From positions 1-64,000 of the forward strand of contig CAVSMN010000018.1 of assembly GCA_963729045.1 (NCBI GenBank): DNA of 64,000 nt. Direction: 5' to 3'. The notes below the pieces were generated by a model, which saw nothing but the letters and a program-made list of their open reading frames with translations, was not told the DNA's origin and made no database searches. A program made the position numbers and the translations under genes. This document shows positions 41,992-54,223 of this stretch, in pieces (position 1 is the stretch's first letter; each line of letters begins with the position of its first letter). The DNA comes from an uncultured Nitrososphaeraceae archaeon (GTDB lineage Archaea; Thermoproteota; Nitrososphaeria; Nitrososphaerales; Nitrososphaeraceae).

Positions 41992-42904
41992 ATGTCTGAA
42001 GGGCCCGAGGTAAAGATTATTGCAGACAAGATATGGAATGCACTATCGGGTAAAAGAATAATCAATATTTTGCATAACAAAATTGACAGCAGTCTTAAAG
42101 ATAAAATAATCGGATCCTCTATCTGAATATGTGAAGACATTCGGAAAAAATATTATCATTAAATTTTCATCTGGGGTATATCTAAGGAATCACATGATGA
42201 TGTGGGGAAAATGGCGAATTTATGAAAGAACTGAATATGAAAGTGGGATTGCAAAATCACCACCGCGTTCCTCCTATGGAAAAAGAAAGCATAAAAACAC
42301 AGATAAAATTCAAGTTAAAAGAGATGAGGTATCGGATGTGAGGAAAGACTCTAGGACTAGATTAACCATTATTACATTGGATAAGGTTTTGATTCAGTTT
42401 AATGGTCCCATATTGCAATTTTCATTGAATGATCCTGCAACTATGGAACCTATCGTATCGTTGGGCCCTGATGCATTGAGCCCTAATTATGACAAAGATA
42501 TAGTAATGGACATCATAAAATCAAAATCTAAAAATACGGAAATGATAATCTCAAATGCCTTATTAGACCAGAAAATATTGAGTGGAATCGGAAACAAGTA
42601 TAAATCAGAAATTTTATTCTTAAATAATATCTATCCTCTTGAAAAAGTGACGAAAGTCTCTAAGGATGAATTGAATAACCTTGTAATGGATGTACCCAGA
42701 ATATTGAAATATGGTTATGAAAATAACGGTAGAATAAGAAAGCCCAAGGATAAAGAAAAGATCTCATGGGATACAACGCATTGGGTATTTAGAAGATCTG
42801 GAAAACCTTGTTGGATATGTGGTACCAAAATTGTATCAGAAAGAAAATTAACAACAAGGCCTACTTTTTGGTGTCCCAATTGTCAACGAATCAACGTCCA
42901 CTAA
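41992..42904 (+). pseudogene. Fpg/Nei family DNA glycosylase, frameshifted near 42120
   Basis: MSEGPEV start at 41992; GKN, HMMMWG, LGPD, LLDQKILSGIGNKYKSE H2TH and a C-terminal CxxC..CxxC finger. Confidence 0.85.
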
Positions 42905-42948
42905 TATTGGCAGATATATGCCAAGTCTTTTTAATCATGTAAGTTGCA

Positions 42949-44826
42949 TCAGGCAGCTTTAAAACTATTTTTTGATTTACTTTTATTTTTTATATGGAAT
43001 TGATTTTGGTATGTAGCCTCAATTTTTTCTAATCCATCAATGTCTTTTAGTTCTTTGTCATATCTGATATTTTTTATTCTAGGAAAACGTAAAGCATATC
43101 CACTGCTGTGTCGATCGCTTTTTTGAACGGTATCAAAAGAAACCTCTAGAACAATTTCAGGTCTTACAATAATCTGGCTACCTTCATCTCTTATTATAAT
43201 TGACCTCAATTTCTCGGTCATATAATCAATCTCTTTATTGGATAGACCCGAATATGCCTTACCGATTATTTTCAGATCACCAAAAACATTATTCCCATTT
43301 TCCGATGCTAATTTGTTGTCGACAAAATTAGTGGTGTAATCTTTTACTGCCAAAGTATAATCTGAGAGTGTTCCTGCTCGTTTTCCATGACCATATTCAG
43401 CAATTACTACAACCGCATCAATCGTATCTAACTCCTCCTTCAATTTTATCCAATATTTTCCTCTTTTACCAGGATAATACTGCGATAAAGGATCTTTAAA
43501 GACCAAGCCCTCATGCCCTTCATTTCTACTTTTTCGAAATCTATTGGTTATTTCATCTACAGATGAAACTAACTTGCTTTGAGCAATAGAAATAATAGAG
43601 TCTTTAAACTGAAAATTTGCCAATAATCTCTTTCTAGATTCAAGAGTATCTTTGATTACCTGTCTTTGATCATAGAGCATTACATCATATACAATATAAC
43701 AAACTGGTATTTCAGATAAAATGGAGTTTGTCATGCTTTTTCTTCTCAACCGTTTTTGTAGTTCTTGAAATGGTAATGGTCTATCATTTTTGAAAGCTAT
43801 TAGTTCACCATCCAAAATGAAATTTATATCGTCACGATCGATATCACTGACATCACTTTTATCAGAAAGGATATTATGCTTTTTTTGACTTGTTTTTACT
43901 TTTTTTCTTCGTACATCCAACGCAGAATTAGTTAATTCTGGAAATGCATATGAAATATCAGCAAGATTGCGAGAGTAGAGTTTGCAAACCTTCCCGAATT
44001 TGTGCAATTGTACTCTGATACCATCATATTTGTATTCACAAAGAAGGGGCCTATCAAAATATTTGACAATCTCTTCTGCAGTAAACATGACATCAGCCAA
44101 CATGAAACTCATAGGAACAAATGGTTTAATCGTTACTAAGTTCAATTTATCTCTTTTCGACAATAAAGCTACATTTGCAATATCACCGGACATCAGCATT
44201 GCTTCCCGAATACTTTCAATATTTTTTTCAAATGCTTTTGCAATGGCTATTTCTATAAGGCCATCATAGGAACCTATCCGCATTTCATTTGATATTATTT
44301 TTACAAGGTACTTAGCCTCCAAAGGTGAGCATCTCAAAAGTAATCCTTTTAAGATATTTTTTTTGTCGTTGTTAGACCGTGGACCTCTAAGATTTGCTAT
44401 TCTTTTAAACTGATCATATATTTCCTTTAAGGTTGGTTTTTCTTCCAGAGTTTCTACGATATTGAAAAGTGTTACTATCTTTTTTTTAGAAATTGCATAC
44501 TCGGCTATGGTTCCCATATCGCCGTGTTCTAAATGAATTCGCATAACATCTGTCTTATCTAATCTAGAGATTTCTAACAGAGACTGTAGTATTGTTCTAA
44601 ACCCTACATTTAGATTATGAATTGATCCCCTTGGGAAAATCTTTCCAGACAAAAATAGAACTGCAATAGGTAGAGAATCTTCATCCAAGCCTGAAATATA
44701 TTGTACGATTAAATCGACTTTTTTATTCTTGCTTGTCGTAATCCGTATGGATTCACATGTCTCAACCAAGGTAGAAAAATAAGATACCTTGTGGCGAATA
44801 TCATCTGTCAAGTCAATCCCACTCAA
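42949..44826 (-). CDS. lig: ATP-dependent DNA ligase
   Basis: EYKYDG, LDGE, EGLVFK, WIKLK and LRFPRI..IR.DK motifs. Confidence 0.95.
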   Translation of the reverse strand: MSGIDLTDDIRHKVSYFSTLVETCESIRITTSKNKKVDLIVQYISGLDEDSLPIAVLFLSGKIFPRGSIHNLNVGFRTILQSLLEISRLDKTDVMRIHLEHGDMGTIAEYAISKKKIVTLFNIVETLEEKPTLKEIYDQFKRIANLRGPRSNNDKKNILKGLLLRCSPLEAKYLVKIISNEMRIGSYDGLIEIAIAKAFEKNIESIREAMLMSGDIANVALLSKRDKLNLVTIKPFVPMSFMLADVMFTAEEIVKYFDRPLLCEYKYDGIRVQLHKFGKVCKLYSRNLADISYAFPELTNSALDVRRKKVKTSQKKHNILSDKSDVSDIDRDDINFILDGELIAFKNDRPLPFQELQKRLRRKSMTNSILSEIPVCYIVYDVMLYDQRQVIKDTLESRKRLLANFQFKDSIISIAQSKLVSSVDEITNRFRKSRNEGHEGLVFKDPLSQYYPGKRGKYWIKLKEELDTIDAVVVIAEYGHGKRAGTLSDYTLAVKDYTTNFVDNKLASENGNNVFGDLKIIGKAYSGLSNKEIDYMTEKLRSIIIRDEGSQIIVRPEIVLEVSFDTVQKSDRHSSGYALRFPRIKNIRYDKELKDIDGLEKIEATYQNQFHIKNKSKSKNSFKAA

Positions 44827-45368
44827 TCAAATGTATGGTTAGATAATTTTACCCCAATATTAGGTATTGTGAGAACATTTCAAGATAATATTGTTCAAAA
44901 ATATAAAGATATAATTATAAATAAAGAAATTATTTACTTTGGACATTCAATTCATAAGTTTTCATTGTTTCAAGATGCTCAATTCAGCAGGGACCGTTGA
45001 ATTTTAGAATTGGAATATGTCATATGACCAGGTAAATCTTTGGTACAAATATTCCCTTCTTCATGTTGTTTTTTATATTGCGATTATTATTCTTCAGGTT
45101 AAATCTATTCCACCATATTTAGTATGTCTCTAAAACTATTATGCTTCATATTTTTGACATATTCTTATTAAATCCAACTTGCTGTGAATTATTGTATGAT
45201 GACTGACTAAGTTCAGGGACAAGCGATTGACAGTCAACAATACGTCCAAATAATTTATTCTACTTGTATGTATTGATAATTTTTTTCTTATATCGTATTA
45301 TGTTTATTAAATCTAGATTCCATCCTGATCATTTTAAAATACCTTTCATTAATATCACACAGCATAAC

Positions 45369-46229
45369 ATGAATAACAATAATCAAGATAATGAAAGCAT
45401 ATCAAAGTCGGGAGAAAGGGTAGCAGTAATAACAGGTTCGAGTAAGGGAATAGGCAGGGCTATTGCCTTAAATTTTGCAAAATCGAAGGATTATTCATCT
45501 ATAGTAATTAATTCAAGAAGTATAGATGAAGCTGAACTAGTAGTACAAGAAATAAAAAAAACCACTAAATGTGATTCAATTGCTATCCCAGGAGACGTTG
45601 CACAAGAGAAAGACTGTATAAGATTGATTGATGACACAGTAGATAAATTTCAAAGATTGGATGTATTAGTTAATAATGCAGGAATTCAAAAAGAAATTCC
45701 ACTGACTGAAACAACTCTTCAGGATTGGTATAACATTATATCAGTAGATCTTACTGGTCCTTTCATCTGCAGCAGAGAAGCAGTTAAACAAATGAAGGTA
45801 CAAAATAATCCTCGCGGCGGATGTATAATTAACATATCTTCTGTTCACCAGATTATTCCAAGACCCCATTATGTACCATATGCAACCGCAAAAGGTGGAA
45901 TCGATATGATGACAAAAACCATGGCACTAGAGTTGGCTACCGAAAACATACGAGTAAACATTGTCGCACCAGGTGCGATAGACACGGATATGAATATTAA
46001 TTTACGTACTGATGCTCAGGAACGTGAAAACACCTTAAGAAAAATACCCATGGGTAGAATAGGAAAGGACGAAGAAGTAGCAAACGTGGTGGAATTTCTT
46101 GCATCCAATAAGGCTAGCTACATAACTGGAAGCACTGTGATAGTTGATGGAGGAATGACCCTGTACCCCTCGTTTTCTCTTGATTACGATCATAATTCCA
46201 CTCATATTTTTCCAAAAGGTTCAATGTGA
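45369..46229 (+). CDS. SDR oxidoreductase, glucose 1-dehydrogenase-like
   Basis: TGSSKGIG, NNAG, SSVH, YATAK and VDGGMTLYPSF; the start was chosen at MNNNN. Confidence 0.85.
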   Translation: MNNNNQDNESISKSGERVAVITGSSKGIGRAIALNFAKSKDYSSIVINSRSIDEAELVVQEIKKTTKCDSIAIPGDVAQEKDCIRLIDDTVDKFQRLDVLVNNAGIQKEIPLTETTLQDWYNIISVDLTGPFICSREAVKQMKVQNNPRGGCIINISSVHQIIPRPHYVPYATAKGGIDMMTKTMALELATENIRVNIVAPGAIDTDMNINLRTDAQERENTLRKIPMGRIGKDEEVANVVEFLASNKASYITGSTVIVDGGMTLYPSFSLDYDHNSTHIFPKGSM

Positions 46230-46421
46230 CACGATATAAGAAGGTAGATAATATTAGATCCCGTACTACCAAAAAATCAGATTATAAATGTAGATCTAAA
46301 AAAGCTGCTACAAAAATGTGAAGAAATATTAGATGAAATATTACCATTAATGATTATCGGAATAAAAAGTATGGGATAAAAATTATTGAATCATTCAATA
46401 ATTTTGTCTTTTCGGATCCAA

Positions 46422-47309
46422 CTAGCTTTGTAAATACTTACCTAAAAAGTCTAGAGTTTTTTTCCATGCATCTGCTGTCTCTGTTGGGGCGTAATTATCA
46501 TTAGATGGATTTGCAAAGGCATGACCAACATTAGGATAAACATAGATCTCATTTGGCACTCCAGTATCATTTAAAGCCTTTTGGAACTGCTTGACAGAGT
46601 CAACCGAAATTGACTGGTCCTTCCCTCCAAATATTCCTAGAACTGGTGATGTAATATTCGAAATCGCTTGGGAATCATTGGTTAGTCTACCGTAGTAGAT
46701 AATTGTGGCGGCAAGAGGATCATCCTTGCTGTTGAGGGCCAATTGCAATGATTGTTGACCCCCAAAGCACCAACCCAGGGATGCTATCTTTGACGGGTCG
46801 ACATTGTCAAGGGATTTCAAATAATTTACAGCTGCTTTCATGTTTTCTATCGCAATGTCTGGATTTTCCCTAATCGCCCCAGTTAGTTCTCCTGAGCGTT
46901 CCGAATTGTTGGTGACGACTTCGCCATTAAAAAGATCCACAGCTAATACCACATATCCGTTTTTGGCAAGCAGATTGGCGGATTCTTTGATAAAGTCATT
47001 CAATCCCTTGTTTTCATGGATCAGAATGACAGCAGGAAGTACTGCTTTTTCGCCGCTTTGGTTTTGGTTTGGATAAACCAAATAGCCTGTGGTGTTTCCT
47101 CCAAAATACGTTACCGTCTTGTTTTCTATTGATTGAAGATTTGCGCCGGTAGATGAACTATTGTCCCCAAAACTCACCAAAGTCATAGCGGATAAACCGG
47201 TACTTTGTTGAGCATGGATTGTCGGTGTAGACGCTATCAAGAAGGAGGGAAATATAAAAATTGCTAGTAAAGTAATTATGGTAGATTTTTTCATCAAGAA
47301 TAAAAACAT
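46422..47309 (-). CDS. Exported dienelactone hydrolase family protein
   Basis: IHE..GLN, GWCFGG and GHAFAN motifs. Confidence 0.9.
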   Translation of the reverse strand: MFLFLMKKSTIITLLAIFIFPSFLIASTPTIHAQQSTGLSAMTLVSFGDNSSSTGANLQSIENKTVTYFGGNTTGYLVYPNQNQSGEKAVLPAVILIHENKGLNDFIKESANLLAKNGYVVLAVDLFNGEVVTNNSERSGELTGAIRENPDIAIENMKAAVNYLKSLDNVDPSKIASLGWCFGGQQSLQLALNSKDDPLAATIIYYGRLTNDSQAISNITSPVLGIFGGKDQSISVDSVKQFQKALNDTGVPNEIYVYPNVGHAFANPSNDNYAPTETADAWKKTLDFLGKYLQS

Positions 47310-48021
47310 ATTATTGCTTTTAACTATTTTGTAAATCCGATAATGTTTGAATTAGACTGGTAAAACTTAATTTCTATTTATTGTACGGAATGATTCCAAG
47401 TCGTCAAATAATGTGATAAAAAGTGTCAATTGGAGAAAGGGTTTGGATAATATACCAAAGTTAAATAATGGTTTATTCCCAAGATTGCAATGACTGTCTA
47501 ATTTAATATCAAAGTACAAGATGGCTAACAAGTCAACGGTTAATGTGCGCTTACATATAGGTCACAGAATAATTTTAATGATACTGCTATACTCAAAACT
47601 TGAATTGTTAAACAGACATCACAATACCAGTTACAAAGTCTTAGGAAATATTGGCAATTAGCTAGCAAGGGTAAGAACAAAGAATAGTATAGTATGTATA
47701 TAAATATTTTATTTATTTTTTGTTATAACATTATTGAATATCCTATTTATACCAAGTCGGAAAGATTTTATCTATACGGCTAAGGTGTTCACTGCATCCG
47801 TATAGTCCAATAGAAATGAGGATTAAAGGTTTATTGCCATAGACAATAAACTCATTTCTTGGTCTCTAAACAAATTATGATTTAATATTCTAAAATACTA
47901 CTAATGCTTTAAAAAGATGAGTACCTTCATAAACATATTAAAAGTACTGTTGAGATTTATCAGAAATGGTCAGCTAATATCAAGATCTCATAATAAAATT
48001 TATTAAGATTATCAACAAAAA

Positions 48022-49073
48022 TTGCAAATGAACGATCACAAGTCTTCTATCATTTTTGATTTGGATGGAACAAAACCTCAATTCTCTATGCCACATGGTA
48101 ACAGAACGGTAATGAATGCGGATAACTTTCCAGTTTTAAAGGGGATGGGAGCAGTCTTACTTCGCATGGAAAAAGGTGGAGTTCGCGAACCCCACTGGCA
48201 TCCTAATGCGGCTGAGTTGAATTACTGCATTTCAGGAAATGCTAAAATGACAATTTATAGTAATAATGCTCGAAAAGATACAATCATGATAAATCCAGGA
48301 CAATTGACTTTTATACCTACAGGATGCTGGCATGATATTGAAAATATAGGTGAAGAAGAATTGAAAATTGTTATTGTTTATGATAATGAACGCTTTGAAG
48401 ATTTGGGGATATCTGGATCAGTTGGATCTTTACCTGCGCGGATTTTGAATAGTATCTTTGGAATCAACTCCACGGGATTATTTGATGAATTAGGTGACGG
48501 ATCATCTGAGGATGTAATATTTGGTAGGAAAACAATCAATATTTCTAAAATCATAGTGACAACGAGATCGAAACCTCAAATCCACATACCTTGAATCTTA
48601 GTGATACTACTCCCCAGGTCCAAACTCCTGGTGGAACTGCTGTTTTAGGAAGTGTACCCTATTTTCCGATACTCAAAGGCTTATCGGTATTTCTCCTGAA
48701 TCTGAAACCAAAAGGGATAGTAGAACCCCACACCCATCCAAATGCGGGAGAGTTGAACTACGTGATAGAAGGAAAAGTTCGATTTACCGTATATGGTCCT
48801 AATAAGGAGATAGAGACATCCGAAATTGGTAAAGGTCAAGTCTTTTTTGTTCCTGCAGGATATTTCCATTATCTAGAGAATTCAGATGATGTAAATAACG
48901 GTACTGTAGCTTCCTTTTTCGGTAATGAAAATCCAGAGTTTATAGGACTGGTTGGAGGCCTCAGCTCATATTCTGACGAGGTCCTTGAAGCTGTATTTAA
49001 TACAGACCAGAAATTCTTTAGTAATCTTCCACGACTAGTGAAAAATGTGTTAATTGCTCCCGGATTAGATTAA
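48022..49073 (+). pseudogene. Oxalate decarboxylase-like bicupin, split by one frameshift near 48540
   Basis: REPHWHPNAAE and EPHTHPNAGE cupin motifs in two overlapping ORFs. Confidence 0.8.
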
Positions 49074-49537
49074 GACATCCTCGAATAAATCTATGAAATT
49101 AAACTCGGCAGACATTCTATTTTTTATGTCAATATCCTTAAATGAAATCCTATTCCAATTATGATTATAATTGTATCCGAGTAGGCAGCTACAATAATGT
49201 TCTATAAAGGCATTTTAGGGGATTTTAGGAAAGTTCGTGAAATTAGAGACACATCAATTAGTCTATTTGAGCAAAAATGTAGTATGCGGTCATTGCGCTA
49301 CTAAAATATGTTTTGTTTTGATTATTTCTAGTAGATTGAGTTGACAAATCTAATATGGTTGTTAGCAATAATATCTAAAAAATCAATTACAAAATATAAC
49401 TTAAAAAATACCATCGTCAATTCATCCTCCGATCCATAATGGAATGAGCAGACATTTAAGCCGAACAACTAATTTCTACTAGCACAGGTATATCATCAAG
49501 AAAGTATAAACGACTACTTTTATCACTAGAATGTAAG

Positions 49538-49978
49538 TTGAAAGAAATTCTTACAGAGATCGATATTAGCGCATCTGCTAGTAAGACATGGGAAATACTA
49601 ACAGATTTTAAGAACTTTCCACAGTGGAACCCTTTTATTCGTCAAATAGAGGGAACACCGATTGTTGGCGCAAAGCTCAAAATATATCTTCACACATCAG
49701 GTGGAAAGAATAGAACTTATCAACCAACAGTAACTAAGGTAGAACCTGATCATGAGCTTCGTTGGTATGGAAAATCATTCATACCAGGATTTTTCAATGG
49801 AGAACGTATTTTTACAATTGATTCGTTTGAAACAAATCACGTGCACTTTGTACATAAAGAGGTCTTTACGGGGATTCTTGTAGGTATCGTAGGAAATAGT
49901 TTGGATAAAGATATGTATCAAAGTTTTACGAAAATGAATGAGGCCTTAAAACAAAGGGTCGAACAGATGGCCATTTGA
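49538..49978 (+). CDS. SRPBCC family protein
   Basis: WEILTDF..FPQWNPF; MNEALKQRVE. Confidence 0.85.
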   Translation: MKEILTEIDISASASKTWEILTDFKNFPQWNPFIRQIEGTPIVGAKLKIYLHTSGGKNRTYQPTVTKVEPDHELRWYGKSFIPGFFNGERIFTIDSFETNHVHFVHKEVFTGILVGIVGNSLDKDMYQSFTKMNEALKQRVEQMAI

Positions 49979-50450
49979 TCGACGATATGTAATTTTCAAA
50001 CTATATTTCCTAATAATCACGATGTTAATTGATATTTTTGAAAAATAAATATAACAATAAATTCCACCTGACAAGGATCGATTCTGTAACTTTATCGGTA
50101 TCTAGGATCTTTTGATTGATATGAGAAATGATTAAGATTTAGATAGTTATATGTTCAGAACAGGATTATTATAATCGGACGCTTAAAGAACCTTACAGTT
50201 TGCAACGAGTATTTATCTTGATCAACTTTTAATATTTTTACAGACATGTTCATAACAGGAGCTTGACAACCTATCATAAATTAATGTAAGATCAATAGAA
50301 AGGTGTAAAGAAAGATAAAATCCCAAAGGTTATTGATGAGATAAACCTGTCTTGATCGCAAATTCAATAACGGTAACTAGTCTCTAATTATTCTACACGA
50401 GATAAAAAAGGAAACAGAATTTTCAAATTTTTCATAAAACTAAATTGATC

Positions 50451-50990
50451 CTATGTTTTCTCATAAGCTTGAATTAAAGTTTGTATATCGAGCTTTTGCA
50501 TTTGAAGCATTGCTTTCATCACCCTTTGCGATTTTATTTGATCCTTGTCTTGTATCATTTTAGACAGCACCTTAGGTACTATTTGCCAAGAAACCCCATA
50601 TTTGTCCTTGAGCCAACCACATTGCTGTGCGTTTTTGTCTCCGTCTTCTGACAGTTTCTCCCAATAATAGTCCAGTTCTTCTTGAGTGTCACATAACACT
50701 TGAAACGAAATGGCTTCGTTGAATTTGAACACTGGACCACCATTGAGGGCCATAAATTTTTGATTTTCTATATCAAAATCTACTGTCATTACAGTACCTT
50801 CTTCCATGCCGTGAATCTCATATCCTTCTTTTCCATATCGGGTAACTTGACCCATTTTTGAGTTTTTAAAAACTGAGACATAAAAATTTGCTGCTTGTTC
50901 AGCTTGATTATCGAACCAAAGAAACGGAGTAATTTTCTGTATATGGCTTGATTTCTCTTCACCTATTTTTGATACATTTGATTCATTCAT
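50451..50990 (-). CDS. VOC family (PhnB-like) protein
   Basis: QKITPFLWFD and CGWLKDKYGVSWQ; the start is uncertain. Confidence 0.9.
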   Translation of the reverse strand: MNESNVSKIGEEKSSHIQKITPFLWFDNQAEQAANFYVSVFKNSKMGQVTRYGKEGYEIHGMEEGTVMTVDFDIENQKFMALNGGPVFKFNEAISFQVLCDTQEELDYYWEKLSEDGDKNAQQCGWLKDKYGVSWQIVPKVLSKMIQDKDQIKSQRVMKAMLQMQKLDIQTLIQAYEKT

Positions 50991-51358
50991 CAAGAAAGAT
51001 ATAAGTTGAAAATATAAAAGTGTGCAAGGGATCAAAAGTATAGTCACAACAATAGTTCAAAGATTTAAAAGGGCATGTGTTGCGAATGCAATTTAGACTA
51101 TGAATGCAATTTATGTTCCATACTAACGTAAGGCTCATTCTAAAAACATCATTAAAGGAATGGAAATATCCTTTAAAACCCGCAAACTAGCTAATTTTTG
51201 CTCCCTTATCTCTTCACCCATATCTCTACAAAACGGACTTTGTCGTGGATGATAGTTCTTTTTTAGAATTTTAATCTTATCTCCCAATAATACAATATGA
51301 TACTAAATTCATTTTCACTATAGTAAATAATTAATTAGCTTGATTCTAAATACTCTGT

Positions 51359-51661
51359 ATGTCTGATAACCCTATGCGGATGCGGGAATTTCTGGATGCC
51401 AATTCGCCTTTTATTTATTTTTTCTTTGAAGGTTTAACACATGAATTAATAATCGATTTCGACAAGGAGATCTTAGTTCTTCGTCCATCTAATGATGATA
51501 GAAAATCCCATCGTAATGAATATGAAAAATCGGGTGGTAACCTTTTGTATCTTAATTTTTTACATGATGCAAAAGAAAAGTCGATTACGATAACAGATCA
51601 AAATGGTATAGAGATTATTCACTTTAACTACCTTAGCTATTTTAAACATGGAAGGCTCTAA
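51359..51661 (+). CDS. Hypothetical protein
   Basis: 100-aa ATG ORF with protein-like composition. Confidence 0.5.
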   Translation: MSDNPMRMREFLDANSPFIYFFFEGLTHELIIDFDKEILVLRPSNDDRKSHRNEYEKSGGNLLYLNFLHDAKEKSITITDQNGIEIIHFNYLSYFKHGRL

Positions 51662-52287
51662 TCAATATCCTTCTCCGTCTGATTTACATTTGCTGAAAAC
51701 TATAAAAGTAGTCGATGATCACTTGACTAATTAATTCTTAAAATTTTCCTTATTTTATTTATGCGATTCAGCTATAAAATATCTAGTTCCTCCTCATTGA
51801 AATCTAATACCTTACTAAACTCCAACGAATGTAAGAACGACAATATGTTTACCAGAATTCTTATATTGTACTCTGAAATTTCTTGAGTTTTATGCAAATT
51901 CTTTGATATATATTATTTTATTCCTGAAAAGTTTAACTAACAACAATCATACCGACTGGGTTTTATTCTTAAATTCTTGATGAATCTTGTGTTAAACCTA
52001 AAATTAGATTTCAAAAAGTTTTTTAATATGTTCAACGAACACTAAAACTCACGACAATATCCTCCCTATAAGGTCTTGCGTTTTACCTGTAAGACCTTAT
52101 TGAAATTTCATACTTTTCTATCTATTACTTAGGAAAAAAGACGTTGATCAACTTCACGTAGATACTCAAATATGAGTAACATGATTAAGTGTTCCTGCCG
52201 GGCAGTTGATATAATAAATCAAAAAATGGAAACCATCCCAATTAGAAAAAATAAAATATTTGAAAAATTTTGTAAATATGGTTCATC

Positions 52288-53184
52288 TCATAATAACCCC
52301 TTGGCAATACATGATACAAAGTTTTTTGCAATAGAACCGCTAGCATCTAGATTTGGATTATAGATAGTTATGGTCATTCCAATTGCCTTTTGAGACGAAA
52401 TGAGGATTTTTAGAAGGTAGGATAATTCGGAAAATTCTAGCCCCCCATTACCCAACCTATAGTCAACCGCGGGCATTATTCTGTCATCCAATACATCAGC
52501 ATCTAAATGAATCCAAAAACCCGACAAATCCTCACTCGTTAGAAAATTTGAAACCGCCAGAGAGGCGGCCTTTTTTATTCCTAAATTTCGTACATCAGAA
52601 AGATCCAATACCTGCATTCTGGTATTTCTTACATCATTACTTCCGTAACTCATTGATTGTTCAGCATCACGATATCCAAAAACAACGATATCGTCATCCA
52701 GAACAAGTGGTTTCAGGCCGTCAATATTAGAAAGAATATTTGCCCCTCTGCCTGACACAACAGATAATTCCATATCAGCAACTTCCCCAGTTGTTGATGC
52801 CCGAGGTTGATAAAAATCAGAATGTCCGTCAATAAAAAATAATCCATATCTTCCAATTTTTCTCAATCCTAAATGGACGCCAATGAGAATGCTGCAATCA
52901 CCTCCTAAAACGATCGGAAAATTCTTTTTTTCTATTTCAATATTTACTATTTTAGAAAGGTCTTTTGAAAATAACGCAATAGAAGTGCCATTCAACAAAT
53001 GTGTGATAGGGTCTCGTATTGGATCATAATGCATTGATGGTTGAACACGACCAGCAAAAGTAGCATTCAATCTATCCATTAACCCTGCGTTCTTCAATGC
53101 CTTCGGAAGATTTTGTACTCCCGTATTTCGTAATCCAAGTGTTGAAGGGGCATCTATTATTACATATCTTGGTCCTTTTGCCAA
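52288..53184 (-). CDS. Arginase/agmatinase family ureohydrolase
   Basis: GGDCS, DGHSD, HLDADVLD and YNP.LD motifs. Confidence 0.9.
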   Translation of the reverse strand: MAKGPRYVIIDAPSTLGLRNTGVQNLPKALKNAGLMDRLNATFAGRVQPSMHYDPIRDPITHLLNGTSIALFSKDLSKIVNIEIEKKNFPIVLGGDCSILIGVHLGLRKIGRYGLFFIDGHSDFYQPRASTTGEVADMELSVVSGRGANILSNIDGLKPLVLDDDIVVFGYRDAEQSMSYGSNDVRNTRMQVLDLSDVRNLGIKKAASLAVSNFLTSEDLSGFWIHLDADVLDDRIMPAVDYRLGNGGLEFSELSYLLKILISSQKAIGMTITIYNPNLDASGSIAKNFVSCIAKGLL

Positions 53185-53429
53185 CCTAGATCATGAATCA
53201 AAGTTATTTTTTAGGTTATGTATAATATTTTGTTTAGATGGACTCAGACTCAGAGCTTTTATGGTAAATATTTCAGAAAACATATGTCGCTACTTCTAAA
53301 AAAAGGAAAATCGAAAATAATCTTCTATAGTTGAGAGAAAATGTTCACGGGTATTAGATTCATAGGTATACAATATGTTATATTTGAAGTATCAAATGAC
53401 TAAATAGAAAAAAAGGAGGAGAAGGTTAT

Positions 53430-53882
53430 TTATCCTTGTGCTAATGCGTTGCTTCCTGTATTTTCTTGACTTTGGACGTTGATGTTGTTACCAGAACCTA
53501 TTGTATCTGCACCTGATACTACTTGGCTGTTTTGGCTGGAGGATTGAGATTGGCTGATGCTTTGTTCTGCAGAGTTTCCACCCTGTCCACCTTGTGCTAA
53601 TGCGTTGTTTCCACTGTTCTTTTGGTGTTGGAAACTAAGGTTGTTGCATGAGAGAAAGGTTGTTCCACCTGATACACATCCAGCATTTTGGTTTGATGAT
53701 TGTGATTGGTCTATGGACTGTTTTGCTTTATTTTTCTTGTTGTGTGTGGCTAAAGCATCATCTACATTGAGCATTGGACTGACAAATAGGGTTAATGCTA
53801 CCACTATTGCAATTGATGCGACAAAGATTTTGCTGTTTTTGTTTTTGTTTTTGTTTTGGTTGTGAATATTTGTTTTATTCAT
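53430..53882 (-). CDS. Secreted N/Q/S-rich repeat protein, copy 4
   Basis: Same protein as copy 3 except the last residues (ALAQG versus AAAQQ). Confidence 0.9.
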   Translation of the reverse strand: MNKTNIHNQNKNKNKNSKIFVASIAIVVALTLFVSPMLNVDDALATHNKKNKAKQSIDQSQSSNQNAGCVSGGTTFLSCNNLSFQHQKNSGNNALAQGGQGGNSAEQSISQSQSSSQNSQVVSGADTIGSGNNINVQSQENTGSNALAQG

Positions 53883-53961
53883 ACCTTTGATACTATGGAA
53901 AAAATATATTGGGATTGCTAACTAGGTGCAATACTCTAATATTCTAGCAGTTTTAGAATTA
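53883..53961 (-). promoter_or_regulatory. Conserved upstream element, copy 4
   Basis: Identical by eye to 41738-41816. Confidence 0.8.
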
Positions 53962-54223
53962 GACTGAAAAGAACAACTCCTAATAGGCAAATAATGAACA
54001 AAATTTTTTACAATTGCGGACAATTATCTAATCTTAGATTGACAGATTATCGTCAAACAATTTTTATTATGCGTTTTTTCGCCACTCAAATTAATGAATT
54101 ATACCATATTTGGATTGTTCCATTTGATGACATTGATATATTATACAACGCATGGTTTGACTAAATCGCGTAATTCTTAGTTCTACCAAAACTTTTAAGA
54201 AGCATCATATCTCAAAAATAAAC

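Noticed and set aside
46251..46272. ATATTAGATCCCGTACTACCAA, a partial type-A arm
   Set aside because: No core follows. It could be an eroded site but is too weak to count.
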